64,000 bases of DNA from an uncultured Candidatus Saccharibacteria bacterium (GTDB taxonomy: Bacteria > Patescibacteriota > Saccharimonadia > CAILAD01 > GCA-016700035), in assembly GCA_964646575.1 (NCBI GenBank), contig CAZYFT010000002.1, positions 4,459 through 68,458 on the forward strand, read 5' to 3'. The position numbers and the translations under genes are program-made. The notes beneath the pieces were generated by a model. The model did not search any database. It worked only from the letters and a program-made list of their open reading frames with translations, and was not told where the DNA came from. Positions 17,438 through 26,303 of this stretch are shown here, piece by piece. The first letter of the stretch is position 1, and the number at the start of each line of letters is the position of its first letter.

Positions 17438-19813
17438 ATGGAAAAAGCCTATGAGCCCGCAAAATACGAAGCGAAAATTCGCGAAATTTGGCAACAATCT
17501 GACAGCTTTGTGCTGAATAGCAACTCCCCTACCTCAGACGCCAAACCGTTTACCATCATTATGCCGCCACCAAATGCCAACGGCTCTTTGCACGCTGGTC
17601 ATCTCATGTACGTGGTGGAAGACATCATGACCAGATACGCCCGCATGCAAGGCCGCCCCACTCTCTGGCAGCCAGGCACCGATCATGCCGGTATCGAAAC
17701 GCAATTTGTCTACGAGAAAGAACTCTCTAAACAGGGAAAGACCCGTCACGACCTCGGGCAAGAAAAGTTTTACTCAGAGGTGTGGGATTTTGTAGAAAAC
17801 CACAAAGGCACCATGATTTCTCAGATGCAATCCATGGGATTCTCTGCAGATTGGGATAAGCTGAAATACACCCTTGATGATGACATCGTGGATGTTGTGC
17901 TTGACACTTTTAAGCAACTGCACGAAGACGGCCATATTTACCGTGGCAATCGAATCGTAAATTGGGATCCCGTAACTCAGTCAGCCTATGCGGATATTGA
18001 GCTGAAATACGTGGAGCGCGAGGACGAAATTTACACCCTAGACTACGGCACCGTTCAGATAGCTACAACTCGTCCGGAAACAATTTTTGCTGATGTTGCT
18101 ATTGCCGTTAATCCAGAGGATAAGCGCTTTGCTGAAGTTACCGACGCAACAGCTACCATTCCGCTTATAGACCGCCCAATCCCCGTAATTGCCGATGCGC
18201 ATGTTGACCCTGAATTTGGCACTGGCGCACTAAAGGTTACACCGGGGCACGACAAAAACGATTACGAAATTGGCCTCCGCCACAACCTCCCCCAACTCAC
18301 CGTGATCGACTTTGCGGGCAAAATGATCAATGTGCCTGAAAAATACGCCGGACTGACGGTAGAAGAGGCTCGCGCTGCGGTGGTTAGTGACCTGGAAGCT
18401 GCTGGTAAACTCGTACGCCGCGAGAAGATTACCCACTCGGTAGCGATCCAAGACCGATCTGGGGCCGTGATTGAGCCACTCATAACCGAGCAGTGGTTTA
18501 TGCGTATGTCCGAGCTAAACCAGCCCGTTATCGAAGCGATTGAAAACGAGCATATCAAAATCTATCCAAAGCGTTTTAAAAAGATCGCTTTAGAGTGGCT
18601 CAAAAATGAGCATGACTGGTGTATTTCTCGCCAAATCTGGTGGGGCATTCGCATTCCGGTGTATTACAAGACAAGCCATGATGCAGATAAAAAGCCTTAC
18701 ATCATCGCCAAATCCGAAGATGAAGCCCGCGAATACTACGGCGCTGGAAACTACCGAGCTGAAACTGACACGTTTGACACCTGGTTTTCGTCTGGACAAT
18801 GGCCTTATGCCACACTTATGACCAGTTTGGGCAAAAACTGGCAGAACCACTACCCCACTACAGTAATGGCCACCGCCCGCGACATTCTCCACAAATGGGT
18901 AACACGCATGACAATGTTCTCGATCTACAAAACCGGCAAAGTGCCATTTGAGAACGTCTACCTCTGGGGTATGGTAACCGACGAAAAAGGCCAGAAACTT
19001 TCCAAATCTAAGGGTAACTATGGAGACCCAATGGAAATTACAGCTCAATACGGCACCGACGCACTACGCCTTGCCCTGTCTATTGGTATTACACCTGGTA
19101 ATGACGGCAAACTCTCTGAAGAAAAAATCAAAGGTTACCGCAATTTTTGTAACAAACTTTGGAATGTTGCCCGGTTTACAACTTCCCGCCTAGAAGAAAA
19201 CTACTCTCCTAAACCGCCAGAGCTACACTCCCCTGCTGACCACTGGATTATTGAAAAGACTAACATAGCCATCCAGGACGTTTCACGTCATCTCGATAAC
19301 TACCGCTTTTCTGAAGCCGGTGAAGCGGTCTATCACCTGCTTTGGAGTGAGCTTGCCGACTGCTACATAGAATACTCAAAACAATCACTCAACCCCGAGG
19401 TACTTGCCCACGTTCTAGATACCGTCCTGCGACTAGCTCACCCGTTTGCCCCCTTTGTAACAGAAGCAATCTGGCAGGAACTCCCCTGGACAGACACAAA
19501 TCTTATTACCGAACATTGGCCGAAATCTATTATACAGACAAATAGCGAACAAGCCAAGAAGTTTGACATAGAGATTGCAGCTATCATCGCCCAAAAGCAA
19601 GCCGACTCAGATAACGTGCTCCGCGTGAAACTCGAAAAAGAGCTTCAACTCAAAGCACAACACATCGAAATCATCGAAAAGAAGCTTGCAAACGATAGTT
19701 TTGTAGCTAATGCGCCTGAGTCGGTTGTGGCAGCGGAACGTGCTAGACTTAAAGAAGCACAAGCCGCCTATGAAGAACTCCAAGCCGCTCTCATTCAAAT
19801 CCGACAAGCCTAA
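17438..19813 (+). CDS. valS: valine--tRNA ligase
   Basis: HIGH-type motif (PNANGSLHAGHLMY) and KMSKS motif (KLSKSKGN). 791 aa with a C-terminal coiled coil. Confidence 0.97.
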   Translation: MEKAYEPAKYEAKIREIWQQSDSFVLNSNSPTSDAKPFTIIMPPPNANGSLHAGHLMYVVEDIMTRYARMQGRPTLWQPGTDHAGIETQFVYEKELSKQGKTRHDLGQEKFYSEVWDFVENHKGTMISQMQSMGFSADWDKLKYTLDDDIVDVVLDTFKQLHEDGHIYRGNRIVNWDPVTQSAYADIELKYVEREDEIYTLDYGTVQIATTRPETIFADVAIAVNPEDKRFAEVTDATATIPLIDRPIPVIADAHVDPEFGTGALKVTPGHDKNDYEIGLRHNLPQLTVIDFAGKMINVPEKYAGLTVEEARAAVVSDLEAAGKLVRREKITHSVAIQDRSGAVIEPLITEQWFMRMSELNQPVIEAIENEHIKIYPKRFKKIALEWLKNEHDWCISRQIWWGIRIPVYYKTSHDADKKPYIIAKSEDEAREYYGAGNYRAETDTFDTWFSSGQWPYATLMTSLGKNWQNHYPTTVMATARDILHKWVTRMTMFSIYKTGKVPFENVYLWGMVTDEKGQKLSKSKGNYGDPMEITAQYGTDALRLALSIGITPGNDGKLSEEKIKGYRNFCNKLWNVARFTTSRLEENYSPKPPELHSPADHWIIEKTNIAIQDVSRHLDNYRFSEAGEAVYHLLWSELADCYIEYSKQSLNPEVLAHVLDTVLRLAHPFAPFVTEAIWQELPWTDTNLITEHWPKSIIQTNSEQAKKFDIEIAAIIAQKQADSDNVLRVKLEKELQLKAQHIEIIEKKLANDSFVANAPESVVAAERARLKEAQAAYEELQAALIQIRQA

Positions 19814-20534
19814 GCGCCCTAAACGACTCAAATATATCGTTGGGGGAGTACTATTACTTTGTCTTTTTGCATTCATATTTGGTCGAGAGCCTGCCGCAAG
19901 CCAAATGGCAAAAGTCTCTCAATCGCTTCCACAAACTGAGCGCGAGCAATACCTACTCAACCTTTCGGCGGCTAGCCTGAGAACCGACTCTGCCCAGATA
20001 GCGATCGCGGAGTTTTACCTGGCACAACAGAATTACGCCAAAGCCGCCCAAGCCTACCATGATGGATCTACCAGCTTACGTGATGAGGCCGCCGCAAACT
20101 ATGCCGAGGCAGGGAAGTATGACAAAGCCATCGTACTCTATAAAAACCTCTCTAAAAACGGCGCCGACGTACAATATACCTATCTATTGGCTCGAAGCTA
20201 TATTAATTCCGATCAAGTTAAACAAGGGTGCGAACTCAAGGACAAACTAGGGGAGGGCGATGAAGCCAAAAAACTCCAGCAGCTCTGCGATTTTTCCGAA
20301 AAAAAGGACATTTCTCGCAAAGATATCTATGAACTTTCAAGCCTGGGTGCCGACACGCTGGTAGAGAAAAACCTCGTAAAACAGGATCAAAAAACTGCCG
20401 AAGATTGGCTGCTCTTAACCCGTGTTTACCAAAAAAGGGGAGATCTGGACCGAGCCAAACAAACAGTTGAAGCTGCGCTCAAACAGCTGCCCTACGACAT
20501 ACAGCTCCAAGACGCCCAAAAAGCTCTCAACTAG
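19770..20534 (+). CDS. membrane-anchored TPR-repeat protein
   Basis: Basic N-terminus, one TM segment (IVGGVLLLCLFAFIFG), then TPR-like repeats (AIAEFYLAQQNYAKAAQAY...). The start at the 19770 ATG overlaps the valS end by 44 nt. The 19710 ORF start is less likely. Confidence 0.55.
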   Translation: MKNSKPLSFKSDKPKRPKRLKYIVGGVLLLCLFAFIFGREPAASQMAKVSQSLPQTEREQYLLNLSAASLRTDSAQIAIAEFYLAQQNYAKAAQAYHDGSTSLRDEAAANYAEAGKYDKAIVLYKNLSKNGADVQYTYLLARSYINSDQVKQGCELKDKLGEGDEAKKLQQLCDFSEKKDISRKDIYELSSLGADTLVEKNLVKQDQKTAEDWLLLTRVYQKRGDLDRAKQTVEAALKQLPYDIQLQDAQKALN

Positions 20535-20669
20535 GCGCCATGTGAAACACGATTGTTTCACAACATTCTTATGCTCTTCGCACTAGTTTCGTTTTTTAAG
20601 ATACTTTTTTACTACCGTACATAGAAATTTTTGTTGTAATCCCGTATAATCTTCATCTGTAGCACCTAT

Positions 20670-20762
20670 GGAGAGGTACCCAAGTGGCTGAAGGGGCTGG
20701 TTTGCTAAACCGGTAGGTCGGGGAAACCTGGCGCGAGGGTTCGAATCCCTCCCTCTCCGCCA
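20670..20762 (+). tRNA. tRNA-Ser (anticodon GCT)
   Basis: Cloverleaf with GGAGAGG acceptor stem, long variable arm, GGTTCGAATCC T-loop and encoded CCA. A TATAAT -10 lies 20 nt upstream. Confidence 0.9.
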
Positions 20763-20789
20763 TGATGAACAGATACGCGTCTGCTGATC

Positions 20790-21134
20790 ATGGCGAAACA
20801 ACTCGAAACACTCAACGACCTAGCAAGCTTTATCGATGCACAATACGAACATCTTACAAGCCTGTTTCCAGATGTCTATTCGCACCACGAAATGCTTGCC
20901 TACGCCGCATTGTCTAAGCTTACAGAAGAAACAGGCGAACTAGCCGAAGCTGTACTATCGAAATTTCAACGACAGCGAAAAACTAAAGCCCACAAAACAA
21001 CTTCTATCGAGAAAGAAGCTGCTGATGTAATTGTTGTGGCGCTCCTGATAGCCCATCAGTTTAATATTAATATTCCAAAAATGCTTCAGGCAAAAGTTGA
21101 ATATCTCGAAAATCGCCGGTCAACTGACGCATGA
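20790..21134 (+). CDS. MazG-like nucleotide pyrophosphohydrolase domain protein
   Basis: EETGELAEAV...EKEAADVIVVAL matches the MazG EExxE/D metal-binding helices. 114 aa. Confidence 0.65.
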   Translation: MAKQLETLNDLASFIDAQYEHLTSLFPDVYSHHEMLAYAALSKLTEETGELAEAVLSKFQRQRKTKAHKTTSIEKEAADVIVVALLIAHQFNINIPKMLQAKVEYLENRRSTDA

Positions 21135-21574
21135 ATTCACCTATTGGGTCAATTTACTTAGATGTAGTAGATGGAGCTCTCACATCTTTGAGCTACTCTA
21201 ACCAACTAAGTGAAGGGAAGGTTGATGCTGAAGAGCAGCAACTCCAGGAATATTTCTCTGGGAATCGGGTTAATTTTGATCTTATAGTTCGTCCCGAGGG
21301 GACGCTGTTTCAGAAACAAGTGTGGGAGGAAATGCAGAAAATTCCTTTTGGAGAAACGGTTACGTATGCCGAGCTCGCCAAAAGGGTAGGGCGCCCAGAG
21401 GCCTGGCGAGCAGTTGCCAATGCTTGCGGCAAAAATCCCATCGTCATCATTATCCCGTGCCATAGGGTAGTCGGCTCATATGGCAAACTTGGCGGTTATT
21501 CGGGCGGACTCGATAAAAAACAGTGGCTCTTGCAGCACGAAGCCGCCGTACTCTCGAGAATTTCTCGAAAATAA
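21131..21574 (+). CDS. ogt: methylated-DNA--protein-cysteine methyltransferase
   Basis: PCHRVV active-site motif and a TVTYAELA helix-turn-helix block. Confidence 0.85.
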   Translation: MNSPIGSIYLDVVDGALTSLSYSNQLSEGKVDAEEQQLQEYFSGNRVNFDLIVRPEGTLFQKQVWEEMQKIPFGETVTYAELAKRVGRPEAWRAVANACGKNPIVIIIPCHRVVGSYGKLGGYSGGLDKKQWLLQHEAAVLSRISRK

Positions 21575-21605
21575 CGTATAATCTATGCGTTCCACTTAAA
21601 AACAC

Positions 21606-21695
21606 GGAGAGGTGTCCGAGTGGTTGAAGGAACTGGTCTTGAAAACCAGCAGGCGTGAAAGCGTCTCGTGGGTTCGAATCCCACCCTCTCCGCCA
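21606..21695 (+). tRNA. tRNA-Ser (anticodon TGA)
   Basis: GGAGAGG acceptor stem, long variable arm, CTTGAAA anticodon loop and encoded CCA. The same CGTATAATCT -10 lies upstream as for the first tRNA-Ser. Confidence 0.9.
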
Positions 21696-21740
21696 TTTCA
21701 ACAAATTATTGCCAGATTATATTCCTTTAATAAATCAAAA

Positions 21741-22190
21741 ATGAGCCACACCCGGAAGAACATTAAAAAGTCAGATGCGATAAGTGTTTATTTTCGAGAT
21801 GCATGGACATGCCGATACTGCGACCACGCCGTCTTTTTTAGTCCATCTTTACTAATTTTAGAACAAATGAATCCTGGTCACGGATACTATCACGCCCACA
21901 ATAAGCGCGAAGCGATGATAGATGTCTTCATGAAGAGATGGGCATCAATCGATCATATAACACCAGTCGCTAGCGGTGGCGTAAACTCTTTAGATAATTA
22001 TATGACCGCTTGCTGGGATTGTAATAATCGTTTTAATTCTCAGCATCCGAAAAATAAAAAAATTAAACCTATCAACATTATAAATAAGGATATGCAGTGG
22101 GACGGACTATCAGGAATATATGTAAAATATGGTCTTGACCAAACTTGGAAAAGCTTGATTCTTGCTCATCAAAACATAAATCATAACTAG
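21741..22190 (+). CDS. HNH endonuclease (AT-rich, adjacent to tRNA)
   Basis: CRYCDH...DHITPVASGG...N...CWDCNNRFN gives the HNH/zinc-finger signature. GC is about 38%, below its surroundings. The start is at MSHTRKN, just after tRNA-Ser. Confidence 0.7.
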   Translation: MSHTRKNIKKSDAISVYFRDAWTCRYCDHAVFFSPSLLILEQMNPGHGYYHAHNKREAMIDVFMKRWASIDHITPVASGGVNSLDNYMTACWDCNNRFNSQHPKNKKIKPINIINKDMQWDGLSGIYVKYGLDQTWKSLILAHQNINHN

Positions 22191-22256
22191 CCTAGTTTTT
22201 AGTGCCCAAGAAAGCTAAAGTGCCTTTATTATCAGAACGCTAAGGAGAATTATTTT

Positions 22257-22577
22257 ATGAAAAAGCATATGCACGGATTTATGGATTTTATACGCGAACA
22301 GGGCGTTGTTGGTCTAGCTGTCGGTTTTATTTTAGGAGCTGCGGTTGCGAAAGTCGTATCCTCACTAGTGAGCGACATCGTAAACCCGCTCATTGGTCTA
22401 GCCCTTGGCTCCACCGATGGCCTTAAAGCGGCCAGCGTAAAAGTAGCCGGCGCAACCGTAGCCTACGGGAATTTTCTTGCAACTTTGCTAGATTTCGCGA
22501 TCATCGCAGCGGTTGTGTACCTCGGCGTTAAAATCCTCGGGCTTGATCGCCTCGATAAGAAAAAGGACGACAAATAA
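22257..22577 (+). CDS. mscL: large-conductance mechanosensitive channel
   Basis: FIREQGVVGLAVGFILGAAVAKVVSSLVSDIVNP is the canonical MscL N-terminus. AAGGAG RBS upstream. Confidence 0.85.
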   Translation: MKKHMHGFMDFIREQGVVGLAVGFILGAAVAKVVSSLVSDIVNPLIGLALGSTDGLKAASVKVAGATVAYGNFLATLLDFAIIAAVVYLGVKILGLDRLDKKKDDK

Positions 22578-22616
22578 TATACCTACAAGCGTGAGGGCTT
22601 TGCCCTTTTTGAGTAA

Positions 22617-23177
22617 TTGCGAGATAATGGCGATAGGATGCAGCCAGAATCTCCAGCCCCAGAAGAAGAACAGATTGACCCTCAGCAGCCCGATGTAGCT
22701 GAAGAGGTGAGTCAGCCAGACGAGGTTTTACTGCAATGGCAAGTTCAGGACACCACGCCCGAGCATAAAAGTACGCTCTGGTATATCATCCTCGGACTCA
22801 TCGCCGCCGTCATTATCGTTATCGCTATCTTCACTCAGACTTGGTTCGTAATCCCGCTCGGTATCCTTGTGCCTTGGGCGCTATCACTCTATACGAATCG
22901 TGGTATTGGCGACCACAACTATGAGCTTGCTACGTTTCACGCATCTGTTGATGGCAAAATTCATGCTTACACCAACTTTAAGTCGTTCTTTGTAGTTACA
23001 ACAGGAAAACTTACAACTTTTGAGCTGGTGCCAGCCAAGCGCTTTGGACAGCTCGTAACACTCCACGCTAACGATGCTGAAGTCGAGGATGTGTCTGACA
23101 TCCTTACGTCCGTACTCCCCGAAACCGAGCCGCAAGGCTACGTCGGAGAGTCATTCTTTAATCGCTTGAAGTTTTAG
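22617..23177 (+). CDS. membrane protein of unknown function
   Basis: 186 aa. Acidic N-terminus, then two hydrophobic helices. Confidence 0.5.
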   Translation: MRDNGDRMQPESPAPEEEQIDPQQPDVAEEVSQPDEVLLQWQVQDTTPEHKSTLWYIILGLIAAVIIVIAIFTQTWFVIPLGILVPWALSLYTNRGIGDHNYELATFHASVDGKIHAYTNFKSFFVVTTGKLTTFELVPAKRFGQLVTLHANDAEVEDVSDILTSVLPETEPQGYVGESFFNRLKF

Positions 23178-23241
23178 GCCTTTACGAATCAGGAGAAATT
23201 AGGTAAAATAACCTCTGCTTTTTGTACCTTACATTTTGTGC

Positions 23242-23318
23242 GCGCTCGTAGCTCAGTTGGATAGAGCGTTGGTTTGCGGTACCAGAGGTCGCAGGTTCGA
23301 ATCCTGCCGAGCGCACCA
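23242..23318 (+). tRNA. tRNA-Arg-like (anticodon reads GCG)
   Basis: Canonical cloverleaf with A20, C35, G36, discriminator A and encoded CCA. Anticodon loop TTGCGGT. A GCG anticodon is unusual for Arg, where ACG is expected. Confidence 0.7.
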
Positions 23319-23399
23319 TAATTATTTTCTTGTGAATTCGGGAGGGGAATGATCCTTTCTCGATCACACCAGAAAAGTCTGGTAAGTTCATGAGATCCC

Positions 23400-23865
23400 G
23401 CGTGTCCCAAATAGAGGAAGTGAGAGTTAACCGTACTCACGAAAGCGTAAGTCAGCCTTATAGAGTTGAACGACGACAGCCCTATAAGACGTCAAAGAAC
23501 TTCGCTGCACAGAGGATCGGCAGCTGTATCTGCCCTGCTGGGCTCGTAGAAGCTCGCGGCGGATGCAGCCGTTTCGCACCTTAATACATGCAACAATTCT
23601 GGGATCAGCAACGCCCAGACGTTCGGCGACAAGGCCACCCCAGCTTCGGCTTAGGTGTGCTCACAGGGATCGGGGATCCCCTGCATGTCGAACGAATAAC
23701 CCCGGCATTCCTGTGATGCACACCACTGACACCTGCGGATTAGATACCCGCGCCGTCACACAAGGTGGTAAGGAGGAGTATCGTCCTCTGTTGGTAACCC
23801 AGCAACCGCGGAAGTACCAGCGAAACGTAGAGATTGGGGTGCCAGGACACCCCAATCTCGACCAA
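23400..23865 (+). other. GC-rich noncoding segment carrying scrambled 16S-rRNA-like sequence blocks
   Basis: Contains GGATTAGATACCC (universal 16S ~785), CCGTCACAC (~1400), CAGCAACCGCGGAAGTAC (vs CAGCAGCCGCGGTAATAC ~519), CATGTCGAACG (vs CATGCAAGTCGAACG ~55) and GCCCAGAC (~340), in non-native order. No credible ORF. Confidence 0.3.
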
Positions 23866-23937
23866 GCGCTCGTAGCTCAGTGGTAGAGGTTCAGCCTGAA
23901 AAACTGACGGTCGCAGGTTCGAATCCTGCCGAGCGCT
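23866..23937 (+). tRNA. tRNA-like gene, Phe-type anticodon loop CTGAAAA (GAA); possible pseudo-tRNA
   Basis: 5' 16 nt and 3' 28 nt are identical to the tRNA at 23242. The D-stem G-G and anticodon-stem C-A mismatches, T20, discriminator T and absent CCA argue against a standard tRNA-Phe. Confidence 0.45.
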
Positions 23938-23941
23938 CGAT

Positions 23942-24014
23942 ACCCCCGTAGCTCAGTGGCAGAGCGTCCGGTTCTTAACTCGGAAGGTTGCAAGATCAAT
24001 ACTTGCCGGGGGTG
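23942..24014 (+). tRNA. non-canonical tRNA-like gene (Lys-type CTT in an 8-nt anticodon loop)
   Basis: Acceptor ACCCCCG/CGGGGGT, a good D-arm, T-loop ATCAATA, and anticodon loop TTCTTAAC (8 nt) between the TCCGG/TCGGA stems. Confidence 0.4.
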
Positions 24015-24040
24015 CAAGGCAAATGTGAGCCTTAATCACA

Positions 24041-24111
24041 CGGGCTATAGCTCAGAGGTAGAGCTGCCAGCTGGGTGCTGGTGGTCACAGGTTCGAGTCC
24101 TGTTAGCCCGA
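24041..24111 (+). tRNA. tRNA-Pro (anticodon GGG)
   Basis: 71-nt cloverleaf with CGGGCTA acceptor, GCCAG/CTGGT anticodon stem, loop CTGGGTG, T-loop TTCGAGT, discriminator A and no encoded CCA. Confidence 0.65.
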
Positions 24112-24195
24112 CAACTGACTTCCACCCTCGTTGTTTTTGTAGTAGCGCCGCCAACGCTGCTCTCTGCTCGCAGAAAACAAGGAACGGGGAGTCAG

Positions 24196-24273
24196 GCGGG
24201 GGTAGCTCATGGGAGAGCAACTTGGGTGAAAGCCCGAGGAGGTACGTGGGTTCAAATCCCACCCCCTGCACCA
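24196..24273 (+). tRNA. tRNA-Ala-like gene (G3:U70) with aberrant anticodon arm
   Basis: GCGGGGG/CCCCTGC acceptor with a G3-T70 wobble, GTGGGTTCAAATCCCAC T-arm and ACCA end. The anticodon region CTTGGGTGAAAGCCCGAG cannot form a standard 5-bp/7-nt arm and contains no TGC/GGC/CGC. Confidence 0.45.
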
Positions 24274-24289
24274 CCACACCTTCAGTCGG

Positions 24290-24664
24290 CGAGGTAAGTG
24301 GACCACTGCCTCTAGAGAGGCCTCCATTGGACCCCTCTCGGACCCAGTGGTGCATGCCTTAAAATCAGACTAAGTCACGTGTAAGCGTGGCGAAGACAGT
24401 CTGTGGCATGCTCGGGTAGCACGTCTCTCACACAGACGGAGGCCCCGAAAGACAAGCCGACGCTCGGTAAAATCCGGACACCACGAGACGCAAAACGTAC
24501 ATGGAAGACACATAACGCAAGTCCGGTGCCTCATGCCAGCTTCGGCAAAAATGAGGCTAAGCTAGTTGAAGCATGCGACGGCATGCGCTGCATCACACCG
24601 AAGCGTGGCGATAGAAGCTCGCCTCGCTGAAAGCCTTCGGGCCGTAAAAGTTGGTGCGGCATCC
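24290..24664 (+). ncRNA. unidentified structured RNA or leader ending in the strong terminator at 24665
   Basis: About 375 nt with no ORF. Internal direct repeat TCAC..G.AAGCGTGGCGA.AGA at 24378 and 24592, and multiple hairpins (GTCTGTG/CACAGAC, CCTCAT/ATGAGG). It lies between the tRNA array and a membrane-protein gene. Confidence 0.3.
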
Positions 24665-24705
24665 GCCGGTCGGGGAGCGATCCCCGGCCGGCACTTCTTT
24701 TTTTT
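24665..24705 (+). terminator. strong intrinsic terminator GCCGGTCGGGGA-GCGA-TCCCCGGCCGGC + T9
   Basis: 11-12-bp GC stem, GNRA loop and a long T-run. Confidence 0.8.
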
Positions 24706-24771
24706 CACAGTTTGCCCTCAGTCAACAGAATTAGTTATAGTGGCAATAAGATTTTAGTAAAAGGAAAAGCT

Positions 24772-25455
24772 ATGGCTACCACAAAAAACCCTCCTGTTGT
24801 TCCGGCTAGCACCTCAACAGCAACCGCGACAGTATCAAATTACCCCGGAGCCTTTGGTCTCTTTAAACCCAGCAGTCAGGCAATTCGACTAGCTTTTGTT
24901 CCGCTTCTCCTTATCTACGTTATTCTTTTTGCTATTGGCATCGTAATTGGGCTCTTCAGCGGCAACAATAAAGACCTGGCAGATTCACTTGGCAGTATCC
25001 TCAATATCGTCTCGCAAGTCATCACCATCCCGATGTTTTCGTTTATTATTCTCTACGCCGTCCGAGGCACCCGCAAAGAACTCCGCGAATCGTTTGATTA
25101 CGCCACTCAAAATATTTTGCGCTTCTTCGTAGCTAACCTACTGTCCGCACTTGCCGTAATAGGCGGGCTTATCCTACTGATCATCCCTGGAATCCTGATT
25201 GCGATGAAGTTCTCGATGACCAATTACATCTTGGTAGATAACCCAAAGATGAGTGGTACTGAAGCACTCTCCAGAAGCTGGGATATGACAAGGGGCCATA
25301 TGGGTAAAATTTTTGGCATCATTGGGGTTTCAATTCTCATGCTACTCCCAGTAATCACCATTGTAGGCATCATCGCTACCATTATTCTGCTCGTACTCTA
25401 CGCTGCAGCCATGCCGGTGCTCTACAACTACCTGGTTGGTAAACAGAAAGCTTAA
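24772..25455 (+). CDS. polytopic membrane protein of unknown function
   Basis: Start at MATTKNPP with an AAGGA RBS. 227 aa with six or more hydrophobic helices. Confidence 0.6.
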   Translation: MATTKNPPVVPASTSTATATVSNYPGAFGLFKPSSQAIRLAFVPLLLIYVILFAIGIVIGLFSGNNKDLADSLGSILNIVSQVITIPMFSFIILYAVRGTRKELRESFDYATQNILRFFVANLLSALAVIGGLILLIIPGILIAMKFSMTNYILVDNPKMSGTEALSRSWDMTRGHMGKIFGIIGVSILMLLPVITIVGIIATIILLVLYAAAMPVLYNYLVGKQKA

Positions 25456-25524
25456 ACAGACTCTCCTAAACCTAGAAAATATGTAAAAATCAGGTATAAT
25501 ATTCCAGTTCGACCTCAGCTATCT

Positions 25525-25615
<91 letters not shown>

Positions 25616-25660
25616 CTCTGTGTCGTGAAACATATTCACGGCAAGGACCTGGAGGTACAC

Positions 25661-26278
25661 ATGACCAAACAAGCACATCGACTCGCAGTACTGGTGTCCG
25701 GAAGCGGCACGCTCCTGGAGCACATGATTTCTGAAGGTCTTCCAATAGATCGAGTAATCGCGGACAAACCCTGTCGTGGTCTTCATCTTGCCAAAAAGGC
25801 AAGGATTCAGCGGATAGAGTTCTTTCGAGAAGACTATGGCTGGGACCAGACGAGACGGTGGAATGATCAGCCTAAGTTCAATCGTGAAGGCTTTTCCTTT
25901 GACCTAGCAAGCTCCCTCAACGAGCACGGCATCACCATTGCAGCGATGGCTGGCTTCATGACAATCCTCTCACCGGAGTTCTTCTCTGTTTTCGAGGGGG
26001 TGCTGCTCAATATTCATCCGGCGCTTTTGCCCGCTTTCAAGGGTGAGAAAGCTGTTCAAGACGCGCTCGACGCGGGGGTGAAGATCACCGGTACAACCAT
26101 CCACATTGCCACCCCCGAACTCGATGCTGGACCAATCATCGAGCAGGAAGCGGTGCGGGTTATGGATGATGACACAGTCGATTCACTCCACGAACGCATC
26201 AAGCAAGTTGAGCGACCGCTCTATGCCAAAGTGTTGCGCGAACTCCTGGATGAAACTCGTATTCTGCCGTCACATTAG
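25661..26278 (+). CDS. purN: phosphoribosylglycinamide formyltransferase
   Basis: LAVLVSGSGT, NIHPALLP and GTTIHIATPELDAGPII blocks. GGAGGT RBS before the MTKQAH start. Confidence 0.85.
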   Translation: MTKQAHRLAVLVSGSGTLLEHMISEGLPIDRVIADKPCRGLHLAKKARIQRIEFFREDYGWDQTRRWNDQPKFNREGFSFDLASSLNEHGITIAAMAGFMTILSPEFFSVFEGVLLNIHPALLPAFKGEKAVQDALDAGVKITGTTIHIATPELDAGPIIEQEAVRVMDDDTVDSLHERIKQVERPLYAKVLRELLDETRILPSH

Positions 26279-26303
26279 TGGCGGTTTTTTTTATGTAACT
26301 GTT

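Noticed and set aside
20583-24355. Several small ORFs overlapping tRNA genes (20583..20801, 21450..21704, 23182..23440, 24032..24362)
   Set aside because: They are entirely explained by tRNA cloverleaf sequences read in other frames.
24665-24705. tmRNA-like T-arm in GGTCGGGGAGCGATCCCCGGCC
   Set aside because: The flanking GCCGG/CCGGC extend it into a simple long hairpin followed by T9. It is a terminator, not a tRNA-like domain.
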